Shown piece after piece: positions 37,135 through 49,841 of a DNA stretch of 64,000 bases. Location of the stretch: the NCBI RefSeq assembly GCF_037042905.1, contig NC_087245.1, forward strand, positions 40,984,001-41,048,000, read 5' to 3'. Numbering within the stretch: the stretch's first letter is position 1; each line of letters starts with the position of its first letter. The translations under genes were made by a program, and so were the position numbers. The stretch comes from Lytechinus pictus. Taxonomy: Eukaryota. The notes beneath the pieces are model-generated. The model was not told the DNA's origin. It was given only the letters and a program-made list of their open reading frames with translations, and ran no database searches.

Positions 37135-37387
37135 AGCATTCAAAGTCGGATTTCCGTCATCCGGTTTGGCGCTCTACTCGGCCGCTACCCAGTTCTGTCA
37201 CGAGATAAACATGTTTGGATTCTATCCATTTTATCAGGATTCGAATAACCGGACTCTTCGTTACCATTACTATGATCAGCTCAAGATAAATTACACAACG
37301 AATAGGCATTACATGCCAAACGAGTACAAAACCTTCCTTCGGTTAAACCGAACCGGAGCAATCAGTCTTATCAACAATTGCAGATGA
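37135..37387 (+). CDS. ST8SIA: ST8Sia-like last coding exon (sialylmotifs S, III, VS)
   Basis: TCAG| phase 2; PSSG...C.EI.MFGFYPF, HYYD, H.MP.E, C-terminal Cys typical of ST8Sia; TGA ends at 37387. Confidence 0.92.
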
Positions 37388-37395
37388 CTGTACAC

Positions 37396-37401
37396 AATAA
37401 A
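37396..37401 (+). terminator. Candidate polyadenylation signal
   Basis: AATAAA 8 nt after the stop codon, with T-rich sequence downstream. Confidence 0.4.
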
Positions 37402-37764
37402 TATTGTTTTGCAACATTACTTTTTATGGATTTATATGAGCGAGTGATTGTGCGTGACAGCGTGAGGGTGTGTGTGGGTGTGTGTGTACAAGTAAAAGTT
37501 AAACTTACACAGCATGAAATACGAAATGAATAATAATATAAAAAAGAATAGTGGCTTTAGTGCCCACGCAGAATGGGAATTGTTATCAATCTGTTCTACC
37601 TTGGGGTCCAGAATATAGGCCTACCTATATAATACATACGTAAAACAATTAATTATTGATTAGTAAGTAAACAAATCAACATACTTCAAATAATTATCCC
37701 ACCATATATAGGGACAACAAAGTATTGCTTTGACATCGATGTCATATGGGGTCTTTAAGTTTAA

Positions 37765-38357
37765 AGGTCAAGTCCACCTGAGGAAATGTTGATTTGAATA
37801 AATAGAGAAAAATCAGACAAGCAAAATGTTGAAAATTTCATCAAAATCGGATTTAAAATAAGAAAGTTATGACATTTTGAAGTTTCGTTTATTTTTCACA
37901 AAATAGTTATATGCACAATAATATTTAGTCACATGGAAAAGAGAGAATCGATGATGCCCCTCACTCACTATTTCTTTTGTTTGTTATTGCTTGAATTATA
38001 CAATTTTTACAGAATTGACAAAAAGGACCAACTTGACAGAACCATAAAATGTTAAAAAATGATAATTTCACGTGTTCAGGGCAAAAAAAAACTTTGTTTA
38101 ACCGGACAATGAGGAGAAAATTAGGATATTTCATATAATGAATATAAAAGAAATAATGAGTGAGTGATGTCATCAGTTCCCTCATTTGCATTCCGAACGG
38201 GATGTGCATATAACTGTTTGTGAAATTAAGCGATCTTTAAAATGTCATAACTTTCTTATTTTACGTCCGATTTTGATAAAATTGTCAGTGTTATGCTTGT
38301 TGGATTTTTCTCTTTTTTTTTTAATTATTTTTTTTGGGGTGAACCCGAACTTATCCT
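37765..38357. mobile_element. Kolobok-like MITE
   Basis: TTAA|AGG...CCT|TTAA with long imperfect arms. Confidence 0.75.
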
Positions 38358-38449
38358 TTAATAAAGTGCAATAAGTATTAAAAACATAGTTCTATTGATT
38401 GATTTATGAGGGTATGATGAAGTTATGAAGTTATAAAGAAATCTATACA

Positions 38450-39890
38450 TTAGTTCATTGAACCACTATGTTTTATATTCAATACATCAATTTCTACAGG
38501 AATAGTGCCTAATCATCTGAAATTTGCCAAGGTAGTACCAGTTTTCAAAAAAGGAAATGCAAACGATTTAACTAATTATAGGCCAATTGCTATCCTTCCT
38601 CTGTTTACAAAGATTCTTGAAAAAATAATTCATGAACGTTTATATTCATTTTTACAGATGAACAATTTTTTAACTGATGCTCAATTTGGGTTCAGGAAAA
38701 AATTTTCGACTTCATTAGCTGTCTCTAATTTATGTACTTCTATTCAAAATGAACTTGAAAAGGATAATTTTTGCATTGGACTTTTTATGGACTTGTCAAA
38801 GGCATTTGACACCATTGACCATCACATACTACTAAAAAAACTTGACTCTTGTGGTGTCAGAGGTCTTGCCCTTAAATGGTTTGAAGATTATCTATCTAAC
38901 AAAAGTCAATATGTGATGGTCAATGGTGTCAAATCCTCAATACAGCATCTCAACTGTGGTGTCCCTCAAGGATCTGTCTTGGGCCCTCTCTTGTTCCTTA
39001 TATATGTCATTGATGTTATCAAATCTTCTTCTCTTCTCAAGTTTTCCCTGTTTGCCGACGATACTTGTGCACTCATGAGTAGCAGTAACTTTAAAACACT
39101 TGTCTTGTCGGTAAACAGGGAAATAGCAAAAGTCTCTACATGGTTCAAAGCAAATAAATTAGCTCTGAATATAGCCAAAACAAACTATATTATATTTAGA
39201 TCAAGGAACAACAGAGTGCCCCATGACCTACCACATATTATAATTGATAATCTTGTAATTTCTAAATTGAAGAATATAAAGTTTCTTGGAGTTACTTTTA
39301 ATGAGCTCATGGATTGGAGCATACACATATCAGAAATTTGTAAATCTTTATCTAAATATGTTGGTATCTTTTATAAATTGAAATTCATATTACCTTCTAA
39401 TGTTTTAAATATTCTTTATAGTAGCCTTATCTTGCCACATCTGAATTATTGTAACTATATTTGGGGTAATACATACAAGTCACGCCTTCTAAAGCCATAT
39501 ATCCTACAGAAAAAATCAATCCGGTTAATTGCAAAGTCTCATATGCAAAGTGCTAGTAAACCCCTTTTCAAAAAGATGAATATTTTACCTCTCCATGAAC
39601 TAATTACTTTAAATACTCTAATCTCTATGTACTCAGTTAAAAATCACATTTTTCCATTGAAGTATTGCAATATGTTTTCACTCAATTCAAATGTTCATTC
39701 TTATGCTACTAGACAAAAAGATAATTTCCATGTTCCAAAAGTGAGACTTACTTCTTCTTTAAATTCACTAGCTTTAGTCGGTATAAAAAATGGAATCAAC
39801 TCCCAATTTCACTAAAAAATTGTTCAACTCTATCCTGTTTCAAAAAAATGTGTAGGGCGTACTTAATGGAAAATCTATAAAATTACTAGG

Positions 39891-39932
<42 letters not shown>

Positions 39933-40180
39933 TGGTGTGTGTGCGTGTGTATGTTTATACATTTATATATCTGCTGATAAAATTTGTGTTTTTCTTAGTT
40001 TTCTGTTTCTGATTGTGAATTATGTCAATGCTATTGTTTTGAGGGCCATTCTCTACAAGCATTTTGCTTTTTTATGGTCCTAGCCATATTTTTTACCATT
40101 TGTTACATAACTATGTACACTGTTTGATTTGTATATACACATTTTTATGGTTGAATAAAATTGAATTGAATTGAATTGAA
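38450..40180 (+). mobile_element. 5'-truncated L2/CR1-group LINE; RT ORF 38505-39815
   Basis: YRPI, DLSKAFD, PQGSVLGP, FADD; (TG)n in the 3' UTR, AATAAA plus (TTGAA)n tail. Confidence 0.9.
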
Positions 40181-40419
40181 AAAAAAGGGTAAGTTATAGT
40201 GCATAATGTAGCGTGATCCTCTATATGCAAACATTCTGCGGCAAATTTCTGTCTGGTTTTGGCAGAATTACATCACTTGAAATTTTAGAATAATTGCAGT
40301 ATTAAAAAATACAGAACGTTAAATGATTAAATGATCGCAATGACCTCCAGTAGTTATAGATTAGACCTCATACCAATTTTTTGGGGGCACCTGATAGACC
40401 TCATACCAATTTGACCTTT

Positions 40420-40656
40420 GACCCGGTCAACCATGACCTTTAGCCCGGTCACCCACGCCCTTTGACCACATGACCTTTAGCCCGGTCACCCACGCCCTAA
40501 GACCACATGACCTTTAGCCCGGTCACCCACGCCCTTTGACCACATGACCTTTAGCCCGGTCAGCCACGCCCTTGGACCACATGACCTTTAGCCCGGTCAG
40601 TCATGACCTTTGAACACATGACCTTTAGCCCGGTCACCCACACCCTTTGACCACAT
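40420..40656. repeat. Minisatellite, ~37-bp unit, about 6 copies
   Basis: CATGACCTTTAGCCCGGTCACCCACGCCCTTTGACCA repeated. Confidence 0.9.
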
Positions 40657-41057
40657 GTCCCGACGGCCATAACCCAGACTTCCGGTAAGCCATGAAATGG
40701 TGTTTTATCCACCGTGATGTCATCCCAGGGAATCACCCTTATCGCACCATCGGTATTGCACCACCGTTGCGTCATCGCCACGTATTCCCGACCTTTCGTT
40801 GGAGAACGCGAACGCTTATTTGCGACGGTAGTTGATTTTGGAATAGACTTTTGGGCCCGTCGTCATGGTCGTAAAACTCTGTCCTGCAATGCAAATTGTG
40901 TGACATGAGATTTTTTTTCGTTTCGCATCTGAAACGGAAACATTCAATCTGCATTTCGTGTGCAAAATTCTGGTTGCTACTATGGTAACAGCGATATATC
41001 CGATTTAGGACGACTTTCCAAAGCCACACTTGGTTCCTCCCAGAGCTCGAGAGGCCG

Positions 41058-41355
41058 CCCAGGGGCCCACTTCCATTGAAGAGTGGATACCAGGCGCGAC
41101 CACGCGTAAAAAGGGAGAGTGGGCAAGTGCGTTACGTATAGGCCTATGTAACGTTATAAGGGTGTCAAAAACGATGTTTAAAATACTGAAAAGGAGGATA
41201 TGTTTTCAATACTTGTAGCGTTTCACAAGCTAAAAGCTTGTTACGAGATGCATTTTCATAATCTGGAAAAGCCTTGCTTCCCTTGTTTAGGGTGCTTTTC
41301 GAAACCGCATGGTCGTACCTGGTATCCACTCATCAATGGAAGTGGTCCCCCCGGG
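41058..41355. mobile_element. ~300-bp MITE with CCC(A/G)GGGG termini
   Basis: ~45-bp imperfect TIR around CCACTTCCATTGA.GAGTGGATACCAGG; no TSD seen. Confidence 0.65.
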
Positions 41356-42129
41356 AATTCGAATCTAATCCCCATTTCTGGGGAAAGTAAAACATAATGC
41401 CCATTACATTGTGTGCTAGAGGCATATCATTTGTGTAGGAGTTAACAAAAGAAATTTCGGCTGGTACATGTTCAGACCAAGGTAACTCCTTGTTCAGACG
41501 TATACATGCTGTGTACATAATCAACGCGTGCGAAATGGTTTCTGCTGGAGAGGTGATTTGACTCAATATCTGTACTCGATTTGTTTGAAAAAACCACTTT
41601 CTTATCCATGTCATAATCTATTGTATGTCCTGCATTTCGAATCTCTCCAGCCATCAGTCGTAATGTACATGCATGTATGGTGCGGGTGTCGCGGGAAAGA
41701 ATTTTGCACACGAAAAGCATATCTGTAGGGTCTGTAACCCCCCTGTAACACAAAGCTTAGCATTGATTGTAGAGCAGTTTTCTACGTTTGATTCTATTGA
41801 CTATAATGTACAATCACTCTTAAAAATCAAGTGTATGATTAAGCGTTAACTTTTGTGTTAGGGGACTCTAATATTAGCGTCCGTTAGGTTTGCGAAAGGT
41901 CCCAATTGATGACTTTCGGTCGACCTTATCACACGATGCAGCGACGTTGCACGGGTATTTTTAGCATATGATACGATGCACACAAAAAAGACGTATGATT
42001 TCTATACAGTTTCCTATTTAAAAAAGTGAAAAGTTATCTTTCTCCGCCTACCAGCAGATATGTCAAGTGCCTCGCATGACGTCACCATGAAATGGTGTAA
42101 GCTACGCAACCACCGTGATGTCATCCCAG

Positions 42130-43561
42130 CACTGGCGTAAATCCGTGTTGATGGGTGGGGGGATGACTGAAATATTTTGGCATTTTTTTGCAATCATGTT
42201 TTTAGATATGCAAGGAATTGTCATTGATATGTCCACAGTGGCGTACCGTGGGTCACGGCATTGGGGGGGGGGGGCACCAGCAAAATTTTTGAATGACTGA
42301 GTGAGTGACCTAATAGAGACATTTTAAGGACAATGTCATTAAACGGATATATATCTCACTCATCAAATAATGCGAGCGCGAAGCGCGAGCTGAAATTTTT
42401 TTATATTCACACCTAAAAAGGGACATTATAATCAAATTTGTGTAATCATGATAGCTACCTGTCTCGCTTAACAATGCGAGCGCGAAGCGCGAGCTGAAAA
42501 CTTAAATAATTCAGACCTGAAGTGGGGCATTCTAAGTTTTCTTTGTAGGAATTAACCAGGACCATACGTATTTCATTAACCAAATGATGCGAGCGCGAAG
42601 CGCGAGCTGAAAATTTTTGATATTCAGATCAGAAGAAGGGAAATTTTAAGGACTGATTTTAGGAATTCATGAAGAGCAGACATATCTCACCAATCCATGA
42701 AAAATGCGAACCTAATCACGGACAGGAAATGTTTCATATATACGAAGACCTTAACATGGGGCAATCACTTTTGAGTCATGAAAAAAAAGCATATGTCACT
42801 ACATAAAACAATGATAACTCAAGTGCTAGGAAATATATTTGGTTTATATTGACTTGAAAACGGGATGTTTTGGTACAACAGGATTATATATCTCGTTAAA
42901 CAGACAATGCGAGCACCAGGAACAATTGAGACGTAGGCCCTGGGCAAATTATGTTTCATAAAGTTATGATAAAAATGTTTCTTATGTAATGTAACTTAAC
43001 ATAATTATAATATAATATAACATTATAATGAATAATATTTTCTTCTTTCCCACTACGTTTCTCTTCCTTTCTCCCTCTTTTCTCCTTTTCCCCCTTTCCC
43101 CGTTTTTTTTTTTTTTTTGGTCAGCCGATGGGGGGATGTGCCCCCCATGTCCCCCGTAGTTACGCCACTGTATGTCCATATGGCAAATACCCCTCCAATA
43201 TTATTATCTTTTTTACCCCATGATGGTTTAATGGTTTATTAGAGATTACATTAAAAAAATTTGACATTCCATCTTAATCTCTTCCCAAAGACCCCAACAT
43301 TGATGAATTGGAAGTATTTCGTTTGGAAATGGTGAACTGGCTCTTTATTTGCATTTTATGATTCAATAATATTATTTTATTTGTCAAGCGGTATTTTTGG
43401 AAGAATTTTCACCAATAAAACAATTATCTCTTGTGATTTTTTTTCTTCATTTCTTTCGTAAAAAGTGGGGGATGTTTGTACAGGCCATCCCCCCCTCCTC
43501 GAAAAGTGGGGGGGATATATCCCCCCCACCCCCCCCCCCCCCCCCGGGATTTACGCCAGTG
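42130..43561 (+). mobile_element. Composite hAT-like MITE, copy 1 (outer CACTGGCGTAAATCC element with nested MITE 42236-43170)
   Basis: Outer TSD CATCCCAG; inner TSD TATGTCCA. Confidence 0.9.
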
Positions 43562-43759
43562 CATCCCAGGGAATTACTCTTATCGCACCATATCGGTATT
43601 GCACCACCGTTGCGCAATCGTCATCGCCGCGTATATGATACGATGCACAAAAAAGACGTATGAATTCTACACAGTTTCCTATTCAAAAAGTTATCTTTCT
43701 CTGCCTTCCAGCAGATATGTCAAGTGCCTCGCGGTTCACGAGGCGATCACCCCATGCAC

Positions 43760-44846
43760 GGCCCAGTCAGACGGCAGGTCCCAAGAAAGTGGCTTCTTTC
43801 ATCCAAGTGATATTCATGACGTGAGATGTTTTGCATAATTAATTAGCTTGATGCGGACCAACACACCTCTTTTCATTCGGTCATTGCTGCTCTAATTGTG
43901 CATCGAATTTCATGAATTAGGTATCATTGTAAAGAAGAAGAATCATTCTTTCAGGTCATGTGTTTGAATTTATTCAAAAATTTTGTAATATAGGTAAAAA
44001 TTCTGATCTAAAATATGCTTTAAAATAATTATTTTCACCTGACAAAAGCTGCTATTTTCACACTTTATTTTTGTTTGAGCCCGAATGATTTTTATATCAT
44101 GATAGAGCTGAATATGTATGCTTTAAAATGATTTAGGTTTCAAAATAAGAATTGGTTTAATCGGGTCAAGATCACACTTTTCATTGGCCAAGTACATAAA
44201 GCAGCTTGAAAACAAGAATACTGCACCCTGATTGGTCAAAGAGACCACACACTGGGAAATTCCAATGGTTCCAGTGCCTGAGTTCATGGGAAGGTCACAC
44301 TTCCCATGTGGTAATCTCCTCAAATACCCCGCGCCTGTTGTTCTGTGAACCTTATCCAGCCAATCAGAACTCTGGATTTCATGCAAGTACAAAATTTCAG
44401 AAATCTCGTCTTGTACCTTGGTGGGAAAAGTGTGATCTTGACCCGATTAAAAGGTGCCGCATATCAATAGTGGCATTGTGAGAAAGAAGTTCAGCTTTAT
44501 TGTGATATAGATATCGTTGAGGCTCAAAATAAAAAGTTTTGCACAATTTGCAAAAGAAAACAGAGGAAGAAAATTCAGTTTTGAGGCACATTTTCAGGCC
44601 AGAAATTTACTTATTTAACAAAATATTGTATACAAAATAAATGACCAATATGAAAGAGTAACATTTACTCTATCTGATGGTGCAGTAATATTTCATTTAA
44701 CTTGAGGTTAAAACTGGTAAATTCTTAGAGAAAGAAAATCTCACGAATCACGAGATTTTGCAAGGAGGAGGATTCAGCCACGAGATGATTTGGATGAATC
44801 TGGCCTTTTTGCTCATTAGCATAGGGACCTGCGGTCTGACTGGGCC
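43760..44846. mobile_element. Foldback-like MITE (possibly PIF/Harbinger) with nested inverted repeats
   Basis: Outer IR GGCCCAGTCAGACNGCAGGTCCC; inner perfect 27-bp IR at 44156-44182 / 44425-44451. Confidence 0.55.
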
Positions 44847-45008
44847 AACGCGCGTCATTGAACTTGGGATATCCGGGGTCAATCCTGATGGAAATGTGAA
44901 AGCCGACTTTCTCTGCCTACCAGCAGAGTTGTCAAGCGGATCGATTTTCGGGGGCGCTAGCGTGCGGATGTTTGTCAAATCTTTTTTTATTTATATAAAA
45001 GAATGAAT

Positions 45009-46474
45009 CACTGGCGTAAATCCCGGGGGGGGGGGGGATGGGGGGATATATCCCCCCACTTTTCGAGGAGGGGGGGGGGTGGCCTGTACAAACATCCCCC
45101 CACTTTTTACGAAAGAAATGAAAAAAAATCACGAGAGATAATTGTTTTATTGGTGAAAATTCTTCCTAAAATACCGCTTAACAAATAAAACAATATTATT
45201 GAATCATAAAATGCAAATAAAGAGCCAGTTCACAATTTCCTAACGAAATACTTATGTCCTTATTATAACATTGAAGAGAAACCCCCGTTTCTTCCAATTC
45301 ATCAATGTTGGGGTCTTTGGGAAGGGATTAAGGTGGAATGTCAACAAATTTTGAATGTAATCTCTAATAAAACCATTAAACCATCATGGGGTAAAAAAGA
45401 TAATAATATTGGAGGGGTATTTGCCATATGGACATACAGTGGCGTAACTACGGGGGGCATGGGGGCACATCCCCCCCCAAAAAACGGGGAAAGGGGAAAA
45501 GGAGAAAAGAGGGAGAAAGGAAGAGAAACGTAGTGGGAAAGAAGAAAATATTATTCATTATAATGTTATATCATATTATAATTATGTTATGTTACATTAC
45601 ATAAGAAACATATTTATCATAACAGGGCCTACGTCTTCATTGTTCCTGGTGCTCGCATTGTCTGTTTAACGTGATATATAATCCTGTTGTACTAAAACAT
45701 CCCGTTTTCAAGTCAATATAAACCAAATATATTTCCTAGCACTTGAGTTATCATTGTTTTATGTAGTGACACATGCTTCTTTTTCACGACTCAAAAAGTG
45801 ATTGCCCCATGTTAAGGGTCTTCGTATATATGAAACATTTCCTGTCCGTGGTTACGTTCGCATTAGTGGATTGGTGAGATATGTCTGCTTTTCATAAATT
45901 CCTAAAATCAGTCCTTAAAATGTCCCTTCTGATCTAAATATCAAAAATTTGCAGCTCGCGCTTCGCGCTCGCATCATTTGGTTAATGAAATACGTATGGT
46001 CCTAGTTAATTCTTACAAAAAAAACTTAGAATGCCCCACTTCAGGTCTGAATTATCTATATTTTCAGTTCGCGCTTCGCGCTCGCATTGTTTAGCGAGAC
46101 AGGTACCTATCATGATTACACAAATTTGATTATAATGTCCCTTTTTAGGTGTGAATATAAAAAAATTTCAGCTCGCGCTTCGCGCTCGCATTATTTGATC
46201 AGTGAGATACATATCAGTTTAATGACATTGTCCTTAAAATGTCTCTATTAGGTCAGTATAATTGGCAACTGAGCGCGCTTCGCGCGCTCACTAGCGCACT
46301 CACTCAGTGATTCAATTTTTTTGCTGGTGCCCCCCCCCCAATGCCGTGACCCACGGTACGCCACTGTGGACATGTCTATGGCAATTCCTTGCATATCTAA
46401 AAACATGATTGCAAAAAAAATGCCAAAATATTTCAGTCATCCCACCCACCCATCAACACGGATTTACGCCAGTG
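45009..46474 (-). mobile_element. Composite hAT-like MITE, copy 2 (nested MITE 45437-46366)
   Basis: Outer TSD GAATGAAT; inner TSD TGGACATA/TGGACATG, the same inner site as copy 1. Confidence 0.9.
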
Positions 46475-47212
46475 GAATGAATAGGATGCAATCGGCGTGG
46501 AGGGGGTATAAAGGATTTGAGAAAACAGTTGATGAATCTACAGGAACCAATGGCGAAACCCCCATGAAAGGCTCCTTTACATCTGTAACATTATGGTTAT
46601 ATACACCTCCCTCCGTTTGTTTCCATCATAACCCTGCCCGCACCTTTTTCAATCTTTCCACGTCGTACCCGACACACACACACACACACACGCACACACA
46701 CACACACACTTTTCCTGTCTTTATGGTTATCACTCATCTCTTATTCTTCATCTATTAACTCTCACTCGTTTGTCTTCTTTTCTCGCTTACACTCACGGGT
46801 AACGTACGTGTGCATAAACGAGTGATGGTAAGAACATCTTGGTTTCCAAAGAGACATCTCGAAGACATTACAAACACGGATTTGTAAAATTTTCAGCAAT
46901 TAGAGATTGGTATTCGAGATAATGAATCTTTTCGAAGAAAATATGACTGGGAGAACAGCCAAGTGTATTTTTAACTCAGCGAATTGCCCGCATATAAACG
47001 TCAGGGGTGCGAGGGAAATTATACCTCGTATCGACAATTAACTTATTTATTTTTAAGAAGAGATGCTTCTATTGATTGACCTAGGCATATAATAGGTTTA
47101 ATGATTGGTGGATATTGGGCGTTTCAGAGATAAAATTGGGGACACCCTTATAGTGAGAATTGTATCGAGATGTTATTCTTGCTGAGCTAGAAGAATACAA
47201 GAAATGTTAGAA

Positions 47213-47375
47213 GAATCCGTAGTATCCGTAAGAATCCGTAAAAATTTGCAAGAATCCGTAAGAATCCGTAGAATCCGTAAAACTTTGCAAGAATATCCGT
47301 AAGAATCCGTAGAATCCGTAAGAATCCGTAATTTTTTTTTTGCAAGAATACGTAAGAATCCGTAAAAATCTGTAA
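47213..47375. repeat. (AGAATCCGTA)n-type short tandem repeat
   Basis: About a dozen ATCCGTA units at 9-10 bp spacing. Confidence 0.85.
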
Positions 47376-47482
47376 AATGGGTGAGTAATCGAAGTACCTT
47401 CACACGCGTTTCATGATTACATATTATTACAATGTTGAACGTTAATTTTCTTCATTTCCGAACAACTAATCATCGAGTCATC

Positions 47483-47925
47483 ATGAATACTTTGGATATG
47501 TCCAACCGTTACGCTTGTTCACGATGCGATAAAACCTTTAGTAGGAAGTATGATATGCAGAGGCATGAACAAAATGAGCATGATACTGGAGAAGAAACGA
47601 GTGAAGTTGAAGACTCCGACCCACCCTCTAAAATGCAAAGAGTTGAAGAATCCAACGATGATTCCGAAACGAGCGTATCAGAAAGCAATGGACACGAATC
47701 GTCAGAGACCCATAACATGGATGAAATTGAAGACAACCTTGCTTATCGAGGATGGTTAGAACAAGCCATGACAGCCACCAAGGACTTGAGAGACGAAATA
47801 TATCTGAAATACATCTGAGGGTATGGAAGAAGAAGACGCTAAAAGAAAAGGCTCACGTGAAACTACTGTGGGCCGTCAAACGCATCTTTTTTTATCTTTA
47901 CTCTCAGTTCTTGCAGCAGAACGTG
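47483..47925 (+). pseudogene. Intronless single C2H2 zinc finger + acidic + helical ORF, frameshifted and truncated
   Basis: YACSRCDKTFSRKYDMQRHEQNEH, acidic tract, then frame-broken GMEEEDAK / KAHVKLLWAVKRIFF; cut off by the repeat at ~47926. Confidence 0.55.
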
Positions 47926-48565
47926 TATGGGGCGCCAAGTGTCCGCCAGTGAATTCCGTCCAAATCACGGCATTCCGTACACAAAATGTGTTTTTATTCA
48001 GACGAAAATCATTTCGTCATGACGCTTTTTTATTTCGTACACAAAATTTATTTTTTGTCACACAAAATCAATTTCGTCTCGACGAAATGCACGAAATCAA
48101 TTTCGTCTAGACGAAATGTAATTGCGTCCACAAAGTTTATTTGGCGTGCCATACGAAATGAATTTTTATCAAACGAAATGGCGCACCAAATGTCCGATGG
48201 TAAATTCCGTCCAATTCACGCCATTCCGTACACAAAATGTGTTTTTGTTCATATGAAAATCATTTCGTCATGACGCAGTTTTATTTCGTATACGAAATTA
48301 TTTTTTGTCACACAAAATCAATTTTCGTCGAGACTAAATGTAATTGCGTCCACAAAATTTATTTCGTTGCGATGCGAAAATCTATTCCGTCGACGAAATC
48401 ATTTTGTGTCAAAACCACAAAAAAATTTCGTTGACGAAATGATTTTGTGTCAAAACACAAAAAAATTTCGTCGACGAAATGATTTTGTGTCAAAAGACAA
48501 AAAAATTTCGTCGACGAAATGATTTTGTGTTTTGAGTCTTTTTGACATAAAATCATTTCGTCTCC
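47926..48565. repeat. Array of palindromic ATTTCGTCGACGAAAT motifs within ~240-bp and ~38-bp tandem units
   Basis: 47950-48150 repeats at 48200-48370; 38-40-bp units at 48385-48530. Confidence 0.8.
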
Positions 48566-49841
48566 AGCTGTCTCGAAGGGGACATAAGAAGGTCGCTGAT
48601 TGGCTAGCGCTGCACCTTGCTCAAGCTGTTTTCGCTCCGGGACGATCACACTTTTTCACAGCTCAGATTGGCATGTTGGTGAACTTATTAGCTTAGATTT
48701 CACGTTATTCATGCCTACATGAGCTGCATACAACTGCTCTAATCGGTAGGATGTGGACGGACATTGCATTCGTAAGTTCAGCTATGTTTTCGACTTCAAA
48801 ATTACGTTGAAAAAAAAATGGGAATTCGTTAGTCGTTACCAAACTTGCATTTGCAAAAAGGTGTGTAACAATACTAGTCCCGTGTATTTAAGTTTATGTA
48901 CTGTAGTCAGCAGACCATTGGGGGGGGGGTTGGTCTTTTCTGCACACCTAAAAAGTAAAATGGTTATGAATTATACAGGTTGAAGATATTTAGGCCTTGA
49001 TCTTAATAAATAATGTAAAATTCATTCCGAGCAAAATGCTGAAAATTTCATTGAAATTGGATGACAACAAAAGTTATTGATGCCTGGCCGTACATGCCGT
49101 ATGAAACTCAAACGTTAGGCTACTCCACTCAGTGACTCACGCGTATTGTGAGGTTAGTATTAGTATACTAACCTCGCACCATTAACCACGTTTGGCAATG
49201 GATTTCTAACTAGTGGGTCACGCGTGCTGTGATCCCACTTCTGGTGTCCACAACACACAACTTCTATTGCTTGATTTTTCTGTGCGCGCCGGCATGTAAT
49301 GAACCCTTGAGTGACTAGGCCTAAAAAACTCAGGCAATGGTTCGTATAGCCAGCCATTAATCAGTATAGGTGAAGCAGAGGTTAGCAGTAGTGAAGTGTA
49401 GTGGAGCTTACACGAACCATCGCCTGCTGTACTAGTATAGTTGTGGTAGCCCTGGCCCCACTCATTACTAGTTCGAGGTTAGTGGCTACATATAGTTGCT
49501 ACAGTACATGTATAGATCTATAGTACTAACCTCGTACACCGAACTGCATTTGGCCCTGGATTTCTGTGAAGTTGGCAAACATCGCTTCATTACAATACAG
49601 AATTAATATTTGCCGAAACTCCTCGCTACTCACCGGGGCGCTTTGCGGTGAGTAGCCATAATACAAAAAGTCAATAGTATATTTTTAATTAAATCAAAAT
49701 CATATTTAAAAAAAAAGCAAATTTGATTACTTTGGAGTTTGGACTAGAAAGTGACTTCGCGTGTCTCTTCTTTTTACGCAAATAAAAGGAAGCCAGATGG
49801 TGGCGCTAATAAATTTCACAGCCTTGATTCAGGCTCGCTTC

